Shown: one piece after another, positions 24,001 to 36,671 of the stretch
How the letters are laid out: every line of letters begins with the position of its first letter
Numbering within the stretch: the first letter of the stretch is position 1
Source: Eledone cirrhosa
Taxonomy: Eukaryota
DNA: 64,000 nt
Assembly: GCA_964016885.1 (NCBI GenBank)
Contig: OZ024740.1
Span: forward strand, 414,036,001 to 414,100,000
Direction of reading: 5' to 3'
The notes under the pieces: generated by a model
Database searches by the model: none
What the model saw: the letters and a program-made list of their open reading frames with translations, nothing else
Told to the model about the DNA's origin: nothing
Program-made: the position numbers and the translations under genes

Positions 24001-26738
24001 TCAAGCACACAGATCACGAATTTGTGGTCCGTGTAGCTGACTATCTTGAATTGTGGACAGCCTATGCTAGACCTATCTATTTCCCTACAAAATACTCTAT
24101 CTAGATATGATCTGGATGACCCTATGCGATTTACCAAGTCCACATTGGCACATTCGGGAAATCCAATCGGTACCTGTCAGACAATTCAAAAGGCCTGAGC
24201 AGGTTGGTGAGGCTCTTGCACCCTCCTCCCCTATCCGCTAATACCACACAGACCCAGCGTGCATCTAAGATCCCGTCCCAGTCGCCCACTAACACTAAGG
24301 AGCGGGACGTTCTAAGAAAGGTCTCCAGACGCCAGAAGAAATCAGGCTGCCCTGCTCATGCCGGGGCATAGATGGCTACTAGCCTGAAAGCTTGCCCGTC
24401 TCCGCTGGTCACGTCCAGCACCACCAAATTACCCTCTGGGTCCAGGAAGTTGGCCCGTATGGCGAGATCCAAACCTCTCCGAAAAAGCACAGCTACTCCT
24501 CCCCCAGATCCAGGACGGCTGGGAGATGCGTACACATCGTAGCCGCTGAAGATCGGTGCGAAGGCCCGTGCTTCGGAGATTCTGGTCTCGCTGATGGCCA
24601 CTACATCTATGTTCAGTACCTGAGGTCGTTGAGCAGGTGGCCTTGCTTCCATGATTACCCCAAGCCACGCGCATTTATGCTGCCTATTCTGAGTGAGGTC
24701 ATGTTGAAATGGAGTGTAAAAGGGGAAGACCACTTACCTTACTTCTCGTAGAGGAAAGATGATTTCTCCATCCTTTTCACTGCTCCTGGCCTCCTCCGGG
24801 TGGATGTCCTTATAAATCCTCCTGGAGAGTGCTTGTCGGAAGTCTCCGATGTCTTTGGAGAATTTATGTTTTAGTGTCGTGTATGTTTTCTGTGTGATGC
24901 GAGTGATTTGTATGTGTGGAGGTGGTGTGAACTTTTGGGTTGTTGTGTAGTCTTTTTCTGTGATGCTGGTGTTGTGTTGGATGTAGTGTAATAATTGGTT
25001 GTTGTTCAAATTTATTGCTGTGTAGTGTGTATCGTTTTGGTTGTTTTGTTTTTGTTTGCGTCTGTTGTGGGTTTGTTTCTGTTTCGCTTTTTGGTGACTT
25101 TTGTGGTGTTGGTGATGGTGGTGTTGGGGTTAATGATGGTGATGGTGTTGGTGTTTGTGGTGATGGGGTTGGTGATGCTGGTGTGGATGGTGGCATAGCT
25201 GTCCTAACTTTTTTGTTTGATAGTTTATTTGTTTCCCTCTGTATTTTGATTTTGGAGGCGGAACGAAGGGGATTTTTCTTTTTTTCTTTTTTTCTTTCTT
25301 TCTTTTTTTCTGATACCGTTTCCCACTCCTCGTCGTCACAATCTGTCTCCAGTTGCAATAGGTCGGGGAGGGGAAAATCCTCCACAGGCGTTGGTTTTGT
25401 TTGTGGCGTGGTTTATGGTGTAGGCGCTGGTGCTAGTTCTGGCGCGTTGGGTGGTAGTGGTGTTGGTTTTGCTACTGTTGCTGGGGTTGTTGCTGTTACA
25501 GTTGCTTCTGTTGTTGCTGCTACAGTTGTTGCTGCCATTTCTGCTGCTGGTGGTGTTGATGGTTGAGTCACTGGGGTGGGTAAGAGAGGTAGCCTCAACC
25601 TTTTAGCCTGAGGGCAGAAAGCCCTTAGGTGAGTTCCTTCACCACAAACAACACACCTAGGCCTTCTGCCCTCGACGATTACGGTGAGGTGGCTGCCGTC
25701 AGTGATGTCTATTACCTCTGGGATCTCCTCAATGCTTTTTTGGTCTGCTTGGATCAGAAACTCCATCCCAGATCCGGACCAGTTCTCCTGCTTTTCTTTC
25801 GCTATTTCGATTATCTTGGTGTTGGCTTCGTTGTCGGCGAGGACGGCAGCCATTAGCCAGGGAAATTCGATGGCCGGTGGAACGTGGGTCACCCTGATCT
25901 TCACGAGTCTCTGGCCACAATAGCTTTGGACGAGGGTGAAGTCGTCACTTCTTAATGGGACCATGGAGTGTTCTCTGGCCTCCTGTGGTGTTTCAAAGAA
26001 CACGTCCACGGTTCCATATTTCAGCCCACGTCTGATGTGGGTTTTTTTGCCCACACATATCCCAAAGCTTTTTGGATTTGGGACTCGGATGCCCGTTCCA
26101 CTCGGCGTGATTTTATGTTAATCGTCCGATAAGACACGGTGCATAGGCGCCGATGCTCCATTTTATTAGGTATGGGGGGGGGGGGCTGACCCTGTACGCA
26201 TCTTTCTTTACCATTTTTTGGCTTCTTCTAATTCCTCCTGAGTTACCTAGAATGCTTCACAATGTTTCGCTACTCTGGCAAAAGACAGGGTTTTCTTATT
26301 CTCATTGTTGCTGTTGTTGTTATCGTTATTTTTGTTATTGTTAATTTTAGTTTCAGTGGTGTTCGGTGTGGAAGAGTTCATTTTGGCTGAATTCGTTTCG
26401 ATATCACGAGATCATTTATTTTTTAATTTTGTTTCTGTTGTTGCTGTGTGGTGGTGGGGGTGGCGGCTTCAACACCTGCAGTCATTGGTAATGGCGGGAA
26501 ATGAATGTCTGCCTGAGACAAATTTAAAATATTGCTACTGCTTATATTTTTAGTGTTGGCAAACGTATTATTTACAATGGTGGTGTCGGTGTGAGGTGTT
26601 AGTTTGTGAGGAAGGCTCTCAGCTACTGGGTTCAGCTGTGAGTCGGCCATGATTTTTCACGGAAATTTTTTTTTGTTTGATAATTATAAAAGTTTAAATT
26701 TTGAGCTCATGATAATACGATTTACTACGTAGGTCGCC
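21041..26738 (-). mobile_element. Full-length Tx1-clade (L1 group) LINE inserted in (TAA)n; disrupted ORFs
   Basis: ORF1 fragments (26650 to 24734) carry a CCHC knuckle, CVVCGEGTHLRAFC. ORF2 (24702 to 21286) has an APE endonuclease (DVVAISET, SYTDHK, GYWKLN), RT (KSPGLDGLP, FRPITLLN, QGCPLS, YADD) and C-terminal CPRC...ETVLHALIQC. AATAAA lies adjacent to (TTA)n. Confidence 0.92.
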
Positions 26739-26776
<38 letters not shown>

Positions 26777-27933
26777 TAATAATAATAGGGAAGAAGACGC
26801 ACGAGGTGGTAGAAGGTCATGAAATCGCTCCCGTAAGTTTTTGATTTTTAACATATTTAAATCAATTGTGAAATAACAATTCTTAGTACAAATGTTGCAT
26901 AAACCACCGAATCAAGTCCCATAAAATTTCGGATCCATATTATATTGTTATATCGCTCAAATATTCAATTTTGTATTATATATTTTGTATTCAAAAAAAG
27001 AAAATGGTTATAAATGGAAGACAACACCCTCTGTCTACACTATATAGAACAGCCAAATAACAGCAATTTCACCAACACCAGAAACTTGATACACCACCTA
27101 TCCCATCACACTAAATATAACAGCCAGATAACGGCAATTTCACCACCACCACCATCAATCCCAGCATCATAATAATAATTACTATTATTATTGTCTCAAG
27201 TTTTAACAAAATGTTTAATCCCAATTTTACGGGAATATGTCAACACAATATATATTAAACATACGAACACAAACTCATAAATACTACATATCACAAAACT
27301 CAGTAACGACAACGCTACCGCCGCCACCACCCCATCCATCATTGCTACCACTATCCCATCACCGCCGCCACCACTCCTTCATTGCTACCACCACTATTCC
27401 CCTGTTAACTTGAGAGAGAAAGGGGAAGGTGGCGGTATCACTAGACAAGGGAGAGGCTAGCAAAAGATATAAATAGATTGACTTAGTGACCTGGCCACCG
27501 GCCAAACGTCAACATCAATAACTATGGGACTGCTGGCTCACCCATTCCTCACCAACAATATAAAAAGCCCCGGCACCACCACCGACATAGCCAACAACAA
27601 TAACAGCCAACTTCAGCAAAAAGTATATTATATTATTGTAATGCACTGCGTGATTGCTGGCCTTGTGTCTGGAGTGGAGACAATTATTAATAATTTCATT
27701 CTTAAGCCACGCAATGCTCACATTAAGGAACCACTCATGATAATAACAATTTAAAAAAACAACAAAAAGAAAACCCCGTGACCAAGAAATACCGGGATGG
27801 CGGCCGGCGGGGAATAGCCGTGTCTCTAGGGGAGAACGGCCCCTCTAGTCTTCGTTGACACTCGTTCTAGAAGTGGTAACACGAAATGATTACCCCTTGG
27901 CGGATAAGGATAAAACGCGACAAAATAAAGTAA

Positions 27934-30900
27934 ATGTCTAATGATAAAATCTCATACCGGATCGGCCGTCACCCGACTAAAAAAGGGCCGCGTCCCTCAG
28001 AGAGGAACCAGACTGGGGTCGAAAAATCAGCTAATGGTTCAAACCTTCCGATCACTTCGGAGCTGGAGACCTCCCATAACCGGAATACTCCTACTGTTGG
28101 CCCTCCATGCTCACCACCAAGAAATCCAAAGAAAAAGAGAGAAAAATGGTCAAGGGAAGATAATAAAGAAGTCCTTGAGACTTTCTACACTGCCATGTAC
28201 TACCCATCAAATACATCGAATACAGAACAGACATATATCAACTGGAAAAAGAAACATCCCGAAAACAGAGGCTATATTGACAGTAACAAACTAGCCAATA
28301 TACGTAGAAATATTGTAAGAAAAAAGTTACTAACTGATATAGAAATTGATCAGATCAAGCTATTAGCACAAAGTCAGCGAAGGGAAAATGAAACATGTGT
28401 CAGTGAAAACGAGGTAAACTGTAACACTTCGAACCCCAGGGTTGGGGCGGAATCACTGGCAACAGAACAAATTAAAGAAAGGATCGAAAAAGTGGAGGGA
28501 GTGCATGCTCAGGATGAAACCCCAAATGAAAATAATGAGATCGTAAATGATAAACAAATGAATGAGAATGAACTTGCCAACTTGAAGGATGAAATTATGA
28601 TCGAATGGATGAAAATGAAAGAATCTGACATGGGGCAACGAGACACCCTCCCTAAGATCCAGAACTCCAAACAGAACCAAAAGATAATACACAAGACTAA
28701 CATAATTCTAAAAAACATTATCATCACAAACAAACTAAACATTACTGATTTAAATCATCTCTATTATGCATCGGCTAAAGTCACCACTCACTTATGTGGA
28801 GTGAAGATGAAAAAACAAAGGAATTCCCACAAGAAGTCTACTTGGCAAGAGAACATCAATCGCCAAATAAACCTTCTCCGATCTGACATAGGAATTTTAA
28901 CAAACTATAAAGTAGGTGAACATGTTAAACAAACTAAACTTAGAAAATTGAAAAAAAAGGACAGTATAAAATCAACATGTGGCATAGACATGCTGATAGA
29001 AATAATCAAGCAAAACGTGTCGGCCAAAGCTGCTCGTATAAGGCGCTTTGAAAAACGATCTAGATTCTATAAGGACAATAATATGTTCAAAAACAACCAA
29101 AGAAACTTCTACAGAAACATTGGTAAGTCAACAATAACTGCTAAATCAATACCACCCAAGGAGGAAGTGCAAGAATTCTGGGAAAACATCTGGGCCGAAG
29201 AAAAAGTTCATGACATACATGCCCCATGGATAGACAGACAAATGAATGATACAGCTCACCTTGAGCAACAAATATGGGAAAATATAATAGTTGAACAGTT
29301 GCGTTTGGCTCTAAGAAAAACCACCAAATGGAAATCGCCAGGAAAAGACAAAATACCAAATTTTTGGATAAATGCCTTCACAGAGTCTCATGAGCTGTTA
29401 GCCCAACTTTACAATGAAATAGTTAAGGAGCCAGAAAAGATACCATCATGGCTAGTTAACGGCATTACATTCCTGCTTCCGAAGAATGATGAGACAAACA
29501 ATCCCAAAAACTACAGACCGATAACTTGCTTGACCACAATGTATAAAATGTTAACATCAGTCCTAACTGAATATACATATGACCACCTGATAACAAATAA
29601 TCTATTCCCCAATGAGCAGAAAGGGTGTAAACGAGGCTCATATGGCTGTAAGGATCAGCTTTTGGTTAACAAAATGATACTCGAAGATTGTCATAATAGA
29701 CACAAAAATCTATCAATTGCTTGCATAGATTATAAAAAAGCATTCGATAGTTTGCCACACAGTTGGATTGAAAAATGTTTAGAGATTTTCAAAATATCCC
29801 CCGTTGTCAGGAGGTTTTTGTCATTTAGTATGAAGACATGGAAAACGACACTCCTTTTGAATAGTGAAACAAAATCACTGGAAGCTGGAGAAGTTAATAT
29901 TAATTGTGGAATTTTTCAGGGTGACTCTTTATCACCGCTTTTATTCTGCATCGCATTTATACCATTAAGTAAAATGCTCAATGAAACAAAACATGGATAT
30001 AAAGTCTATGACAAAACCATTAATCACTTGTTCTACATGGATGACCTGAAACTATTTGCAAAAAATGATGAACAATTGCAAGGGCTATTAGCCACTGTGG
30101 ATCAGTTCAGTGATGACATTAAAATGGAGTTTGGACTAGATAAATGCGCCAAAGCAACGTTCACCAGTGGAAAGCTGCTGAAGATTTCAGACATTAATCT
30201 TGATCGAGGGAATGTGATAAGAGAACTTGATCAAGAGGAAACTTACAAATATATAGGTGTTTGTGAAGGAGACGGAATCAAGCACTCGACAATGAGGGAA
30301 AGGATAAGGAAGGAATGTTACCGCAGAGTAAGAGCAATCTTAAGAACGGAATTGAATGCAAGGAATAGGATCGAAGCCATAAACACGCTTGCCATACCAG
30401 TAGTAACCTACAGTTACAATGTCATCAACTGGTCAAGCACAGAGATCCGTAGGCTCGATACAAAAATTCGAAAATTCTTAACCATGCACAGAATGCATCA
30501 CCCTAAGGCAGATATAGATAGAATATATCTCCCTAGGAAAGAAGGAGGACGTGGGTTAATCCAGTTAGACATTGCGTTGAAAACTGCAACAATTGGATTA
30601 TCTACATATCTAAGAGAATCACATGATTGGATGATCAAACTTGTTTTGAAACACAAAAGTATCAAAAGATCATACTCCATTACAAAAGATGCACAAAGAT
30701 ACAGTAATGGACTACACATTTCAGAAGTCCCATTTACTGCTGAAATGGAAAACGCAGAAAAAGCAAAGCAGGTAAAAGTAACTGCAAAGAAAGAACTGCT
30801 ACAGAAACTGGCTAAGAAATGGCAAGAAAAGCCTCTGTATGGAAAATACCCAGAACGAGCTAACAATCCTGATGTTGACAAAACTTTAACCCATCAGTGT

Positions 30901-31317
30901 TTGGCATCCTCTGGACTGAAATCGGAGACTGAAGGACTGATTATATCAGCACAAGATCAATGTCTGCCAACAAAAAATTACCAAGCCAACATAATAAAAA
31001 ATGGATGCAGCCCATTATGCCGTGTATGCAAAAAACAACCAGAGACCATTGACCATATAATTTCAATGTGCAGTCCTATAGCTCCAACCGAATACCTAAA
31101 CAGGCATGACAGAGCAGCACAATACATACATTGGATAATGTGTAAGCATTTTGACCTGCCCCATCAAAAGAATTGGTGGGAGTATCAACCACCTCCCATA
31201 CTTGAAAAAGATTACATCACAATCTTGTGGAACTTTAGCATCCAATCAAACCGAAAAATAGATGCAAATAGACCTGATATAATATTGAAGGACTTTAAAA
31301 AAGTGTATGCCTGCTAA
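27934..31317 (+). CDS. R4/Dong polyprotein: N-terminal Myb-like motif, RT, CCHC zinc finger and start of restriction-like endonuclease (1127 aa)
   Basis: REKWSREDNKEV; WKSPGKDKI, NYRPITCL, GIFQGDSLSP, FYMDDLKLF; CRVCKKQPETIDHIISMC, RHD, RPDII. Confidence 0.92.
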   Translation: MSNDKISYRIGRHPTKKGPRPSERNQTGVEKSANGSNLPITSELETSHNRNTPTVGPPCSPPRNPKKKREKWSREDNKEVLETFYTAMYYPSNTSNTEQTYINWKKKHPENRGYIDSNKLANIRRNIVRKKLLTDIEIDQIKLLAQSQRRENETCVSENEVNCNTSNPRVGAESLATEQIKERIEKVEGVHAQDETPNENNEIVNDKQMNENELANLKDEIMIEWMKMKESDMGQRDTLPKIQNSKQNQKIIHKTNIILKNIIITNKLNITDLNHLYYASAKVTTHLCGVKMKKQRNSHKKSTWQENINRQINLLRSDIGILTNYKVGEHVKQTKLRKLKKKDSIKSTCGIDMLIEIIKQNVSAKAARIRRFEKRSRFYKDNNMFKNNQRNFYRNIGKSTITAKSIPPKEEVQEFWENIWAEEKVHDIHAPWIDRQMNDTAHLEQQIWENIIVEQLRLALRKTTKWKSPGKDKIPNFWINAFTESHELLAQLYNEIVKEPEKIPSWLVNGITFLLPKNDETNNPKNYRPITCLTTMYKMLTSVLTEYTYDHLITNNLFPNEQKGCKRGSYGCKDQLLVNKMILEDCHNRHKNLSIACIDYKKAFDSLPHSWIEKCLEIFKISPVVRRFLSFSMKTWKTTLLLNSETKSLEAGEVNINCGIFQGDSLSPLLFCIAFIPLSKMLNETKHGYKVYDKTINHLFYMDDLKLFAKNDEQLQGLLATVDQFSDDIKMEFGLDKCAKATFTSGKLLKISDINLDRGNVIRELDQEETYKYIGVCEGDGIKHSTMRERIRKECYRRVRAILRTELNARNRIEAINTLAIPVVTYSYNVINWSSTEIRRLDTKIRKFLTMHRMHHPKADIDRIYLPRKEGGRGLIQLDIALKTATIGLSTYLRESHDWMIKLVLKHKSIKRSYSITKDAQRYSNGLHISEVPFTAEMENAEKAKQVKVTAKKELLQKLAKKWQEKPLYGKYPERANNPDVDKTLTHQCLASSGLKSETEGLIISAQDQCLPTKNYQANIIKNGCSPLCRVCKKQPETIDHIISMCSPIAPTEYLNRHDRAAQYIHWIMCKHFDLPHQKNWWEYQPPPILEKDYITILWNFSIQSNRKIDANRPDIILKDFKKVYAC

Positions 31318-31322
31318 TTGAT

Positions 31323-31583
31323 ATGTCCGTTCCAATAGACAAGAATGTATCTATAAAAACATTTGAAAAATTGAGCAAGTATAAGGACCTGGAGATAGAA
31401 ATTGGAAAAATGTGGAAATTGAGAACTAAAACAATACCAGTGGTTGTAGGCGCTCTAGGAATGATACCTAAGGGGTCTAATGATTACTTATCGCAAATCC
31501 CAGGAAACCCGCGTATAGGAGAAATACAAAAGATAGTGCTAATGGGAACTGCCCATATACTAAGGAAGATTCTGTCTATATAA
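31323..31583 (+). pseudogene. Frameshifted C-terminus of the RLE domain of the same ORF
   Basis: (LLID)MSVP...EKLSKYKDL...IPVVVGALG. Adding one A to the A6 run at 31297-31302 joins it to the upstream ORF. Confidence 0.85.
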
Positions 31584-31711
31584 GTACAGCACAAGTCTAA
31601 ACACTAAACATGGCGTACCTTGTTGTCTCTTGAGGTCACTGGTTGTGACTTGGTGATAACTCGTATGAACATAAAGGAAGATAAATGCAGCTGTAATAAT
31701 AATAATAATAA

Positions 31712-33207
31712 TTTAGGATACAAGTTGGGAAAGGGAGAGCTTACCATCAATCACCTCCTCTTCATGGACGATCTTAAGCTCTTCAGGAAGAGTGAGAAGG
31801 AGTTGGATGTGATTGTTGACACTGTCCGTATTTTCAGCACTGATATATGTATGAAATTTAGTATTAGTAAGTGTGGAGTCCTTGTGATGAAGAGGGGTAA
31901 ATTGAGCAGAAGCAATGGAATCCAGGTACCAACAGGTGAGATGATAAAGGAAATTGACACTGAAGAAGGATACAAGTATTTGGGTGTTCTGGAGGCTGAT
32001 GACATCAAGAACAAACAAAATGAAAGAATTGATACGATCTGAATACATTCGGAGAGTAAGGAGCGTATTAAAGTCATATCTGAACAGTAGGAATGCCATA
32101 AGTGCAGTAAATTCCCCAGCTGTGTCTATTATTAGGTACAGTGTGGGAATTCTGAGATGGAATGTTGCTGAACAAAAAGAAATGGATAGGAAGACTAGGA
32201 AGCTATTGACTATCTACAACATGTTCCACAAGAGGAGTGATGTCGATAGACTCTACTTAAGGAGATCTGAAGGTGGAAGACGTCTTATCAGCATAGGGAA
32301 CTGTGTTCAGATGGAGAAAAACAACCTACATAAATACGTGACTGATAGTAAGGAGCCAATGCTCAGAATTGTACTGAAGGAGTGGACAATAGACCAGAGG
32401 ATGTCCAAGGAGGAAATAACAACAAGGAGAAAGAGCAGCCTTCATGAAAAATCCCTTCATAGTACCTTCTTTGAGAAAACTGAATTCAGAGACCACAGAC
32501 GTGGAACTGGTTGAAAAGAGGAGACCTTAAAAAGGCTACAGAAGCAATGCTAATGGCTGCGCAAGAGCAGGCCCTCAAAACGAAGTGGTTGAAACACCAT
32601 ATTTACAAGGAGGAGGCTAGCCCACTGTGCAGGATCTGTGGAGAGAGAGGAGACTGTGGCTCACATTGTATCCGAGTGTAAACACCTAGCCCAGACTCAC
32701 TATAAAGGCTGGAGACATGATGTGATGGGCAGGGTGATCCACTGGCACCTATGCAAAGTAAACAATTTACCACATTCTGAGAAGTGGTATGAGCATAAGC
32801 CAGAGTCGGTGATAGAAAACCATCAGGTGAAGGTGCTGTGGGATTTTAGGATACAGACAGACAAGAAACTGGAACACAGTAGACTTGACCTGGTGGTTGT
32901 GGACAAGGAAAAGAGATTGTGCCTGATTGTGGATGTGGCCTGCCCATTCGACACGAGAGTGCAAGAGAAGGAGAGGGAGAAAATTAACCGATACCAGGAC
33001 TTAGGTATTATCTCAAAAAGTTTTCAGGGATGGTTAAAGAAAATTGGCCCAGCCCCGCTCTTTGGAACGCTTCAAAGGGCATGCTTGCTGGGAACAGCAA
33101 GAACACTCCGATACGTCCTGAGGCTGCAGGTAGTGGCTTGATATTCATTTCAACAAACTTTCCAGTTAACCACCATCAATGACTGAGACTCAAAGAACAA
33201 TAATAAT
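31712..33207 (+). mobile_element. 5'-truncated R4/Dong-clade LINE of a different subfamily, inserted in the (TAA)n tail of copy 2
   Basis: INHLLFMDDLKLF, YKYLGV, DVDRLYLRRSEGG, CRIC..EETVAHIVSEC, RHD, DVACP and KINRYQDL. Ends in aataataat and has several frameshifts. Confidence 0.88.
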
Positions 33208-33663
33208 GAAATTATTGTGTACAGTGCTCAGGTGCACTACAACTCATCAAAGGTGCATGTATAGTACATAGAATAATGTACAAATATCAGGAAAATGAAC
33301 AGTGTACGAGTCATGAAATACATGTGTGCGTGTGTATGGAGGCAGGGCATCAGGTGCAGTGTTGGCGAATCTCAGGAAGCATGGAGGTAACTGATGCAGG
33401 TAGTTTCTTCCATGCTTCAGCAACTCTGAGAGTGAAAAAATGTTTCCGAAAGTCATGGGAACTGTGCTGTTTTCTGACTTTGTAAGCATGCCCACGTGTG
33501 TTAGACACATGGAAATGAAAAAGGTTCTCGAGTTGTTGTTGGCAAGATGGTTCATGATTTTGTGGGTGTTTACCGAAGTCAGTTGCCAGACGTCGGAGCT
33601 TCAATGTATCCATGCCAAGGGAAGCAATGCGTTCAGAGTATGGTAGCTGCCTCATGGAGGGTA
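33200..33663 (-). mobile_element. 3' fragment of a CR1/L2-group LINE
   Basis: LPYSERIASLGMDTLKLRRL and NTRGHAYKV...RKHFFTLRVAEAWKKLP. The 3' end terminates in (ATT)n, shared tail-to-tail with the preceding element. Confidence 0.8.
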
Positions 33664-34179
33664 TATGTGTGCATACACAACCTTGAAGATTGACAGAGAA
33701 TCTCTTCTTAAAAACGACGAGAACATTCTGTCCAATACATATATAGAGGCAGATAAAGACGCAGAGAGGGGGAGGGGGAGGGAGAGAGAGAGAGAGAGCA
33801 ATGTGTGATGTAAGTCATTTTATTTAAAGACGTTGCTTAGATGTGTTGTAACAGCTGTGTTTTCTGAGAAGATCACTAACGTGTTATATTCATATTTAAT
33901 TTCTTTTACATTATTTTATATTTATCAATATTTTTTATTATTTTTTTAAATACAATTATTTTTCAAAGTGTTTTTAAAATATCCACTATTATATTTTTTA
34001 ATCCTTAAAATATAATAGGATGGCGCTGAACTTCAAAGATGTTTGTTTCTAATCTTGGAATTCTCAACAGAAATGCTCAGAAAATGATTAATATTATTCG
34101 TTATTTTCAAGTCATCTATCTTATTAACACCCGTGTTAATTAAATGCTGCTTAGGAAAAAGAAACTGTTTAGCATGAAA

Positions 34180-34580
34180 GTGTGCATAATGTTTGTGTGC
34201 CCGCGTGTGTGTGGTGTGTGTGTGTGGCGTGTGTGTGTGGCGTGTGTGTGTGCGTGGCGTGTGTGGCGTGTGTGTGTGTGTGTGTGTGTGTATGTCTGTG
34301 TGTCTTTGTGTCTGTGTCTGCGTGTCTGTGTGTCTGTATGTTTCTCTGTGTGTGGTTCGTGTGTGTGTGTCTGTGTGTGTGTGTCCGTGTGTATGTATGT
34401 GTGTGTATGTGTGTGCGTGTGCGTGCGTGTGTATGTCTGTGTGTGTGTATGTGTGTGTATGTGTGTGTGTCTGTGTGTGTCTCTGTGCATGCGTGTGTGT
34501 GTGTGTCTGTATGCCTGTATGTGTGTGTGGGGGGGGGTGTTTGGTGGCGTGTGTGTATGTGTGCCGTGTATGTGTGCTCG
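34180..34580. repeat. Compound (GT)n-rich microsatellite
   Basis: Direct observation. It explains the Cys/Val and His/Thr ORFs. Confidence 0.95.
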
Positions 34581-34967
34581 AATGTGATGTCCGTTCTGAT
34601 AAAAAAGGAAAAATAAAAATAAAACGTGTCTCTCAAGTTACAGGCTGATAATGTAAGGGTTATCAAAATAACTATTTAAAAAGAGAATCCAAGAGATCAA
34701 TCGTGCTACATATAAAGACATCTTTTAATCCCTCGCCGAAAACTGAATAAGATTACATTTTGTCGCACTCAACGTGATTTCCTTTCTAATGCAAAATATT
34801 TTTAATTAGCCTTTACCGGAAGTGGATAGCTTTAAGCAAAATATCACATTTTTCGTAATTGTTATTATTAAAGTTACTTTATTATAGTATTTTATTACAG
34901 ACCATAAGTTTTTCTTGTTCATATGGCAAATAAAATAAAGGTTATCAATGGCATCTTTTATTATCAC

Positions 34968-35013
<46 letters not shown>

Positions 35014-36671
35014 TGCTATTGACCTGTCAAGAACTTTTCTTTGGTGTTTTGACAGCTCTGAAAATGTTCGATATTTTATAGGTTTCGAAGTGGAGGAAAA
35101 CATTTTCCTTTGTTAGGAGTAATACAAAACAGGACATTCTCATCAAGTGGGATTTTGTTTTAACTAAAATTGACAAATTTTAATGTTTTTGTGCAGTTTT
35201 TCCCACCCGAGAGTTTTTAAATAATGGCATCTATGCCAACATCAAAAAGCTCTAAGAAAGCGAAAAACATTAAAAGCGCAGACAGAACAAAATGAATTTG
35301 AAAATTGTTTCTTTCTCAGAAGATACACACGGGAAAATGACTGACACAATGAAATAGAAAAGGTCACTTTATTAGCAATAAAGGCAGTATATACGCTCAA
35401 ACTTCGTCAAATTAAAGTACTGTTATTGTGCAGATATCTTGTTTTTTTTTCGGTTTTCAAGTATCAGTAGCAACACATAAAAATTGAACATGAATGATTT
35501 CATAGAAATGAGGTCGGTATGCCTAAGTTGTGTAACCAGGAAACTCGCCATTCTTCCTGGTCATGTTATTAAGGAATGTAAAAGAGAAAATTACATTTAT
35601 CAGTTTTGAAAAGTATGGAGTTTTTGGGGGTTTTTTTTATCAATCTGGCAACAGCTACAAGCGGTGCTGATTGACCTTTGGAAGAACATTGCCCTATTTG
35701 GTCAGAGTAACCCACAGGGGCATATATGTGTAATTTTAAGGTACTTGATGATGCTAAGCAAGTTCTATGTATGTCGGCTGTCGAAATGCGAGTACCTAGT
35801 CACAAAAACGATTGTAATGACATTAAGCCTATCACGAAACTTAGGAATAAAGACCAAGCGAGCAAACAAGCAGATCCGCTTCGACATATACTTGCCCATA
35901 GACTGACGAAATTACAAACACAATTATAATCACGTTGACACTTATAATACTGCTACTGAGTAGATCAGTTCATTGATGTTTTCAGTATCCACTCATTCTT
36001 TTGTCATGAGCATTAATGGTTGCAGGGATCTGCTATATTTATATATTCTTGTTTGAACATTATGTGATATTCTCTTCCACTTGTTTGCTTTAGTCAGTTT
36101 CTTCACAATATTAATGCAGGCGGATCTTTCAAGATGTGTATTTGTATTCTATTTGTTGATAAGTGTGTGACAGAGGATATGTTTTTGTTGTGTTTCTATG
36201 ATCTTTGTGTTTTTGCTTCTGTCTGTGTGCTTTTAATTTTCTGTATTGTACTCACTGCTGCGTGGGGTTAGATATTTTGTTTTATTTCGTGTTTCTATTT
36301 CGATTCTAAACACTTTTATTATGAAGAGAGAGCGCCTGAAACATCCAAGAAACAAAAAGAAACAAAAAACATCCTGCACTATTCCACATGAAAACACAGA
36401 AACCATGGCCACAACAAATACAGACACAGCTGCTTCAACATCAATCCTACCAACGCAACAACCACCTACACGACAATCGCTACCCTCTAAAGCGTCACCA
36501 ACATTACACGCAAAACGAAAACACGCTCATCAAAAAACAACCTCACAACATCGTGCTAGTGAGAAGGGCTAACGAACAATTGATGGCCCTCATAGCACGA
36601 AGTAAAGATATTGAGAGAGCGGGGGATATTTTTGTCACCAACATTTTTTAAATGCCAGCAACACTACTAAT

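Larger units (their letters stand above)
27779..31711 (+). mobile_element. R4/Dong-clade RLE LINE copy 2, full length, with (TAA)n tail
   Basis: Same 5' start as copy 1, a single long ORF, a 3' UTR at 31584-31693 and (TAA)n at 31694-31711. Confidence 0.93.

Noticed and set aside
31290-31320. Programmed -1 frameshift in the Dong ORF
   Set aside because: The TTTAAAAAAG run is not in the X-XXY-YYZ phase of the upstream frame, and R4/Dong ORFs are normally continuous. A lost A is simpler.
35664-36651. Short ORFs that might be host exons, a hAT C-terminus or a LINE ORF1 start
   Set aside because: No recognisable domain and no consistent splice or element boundaries.
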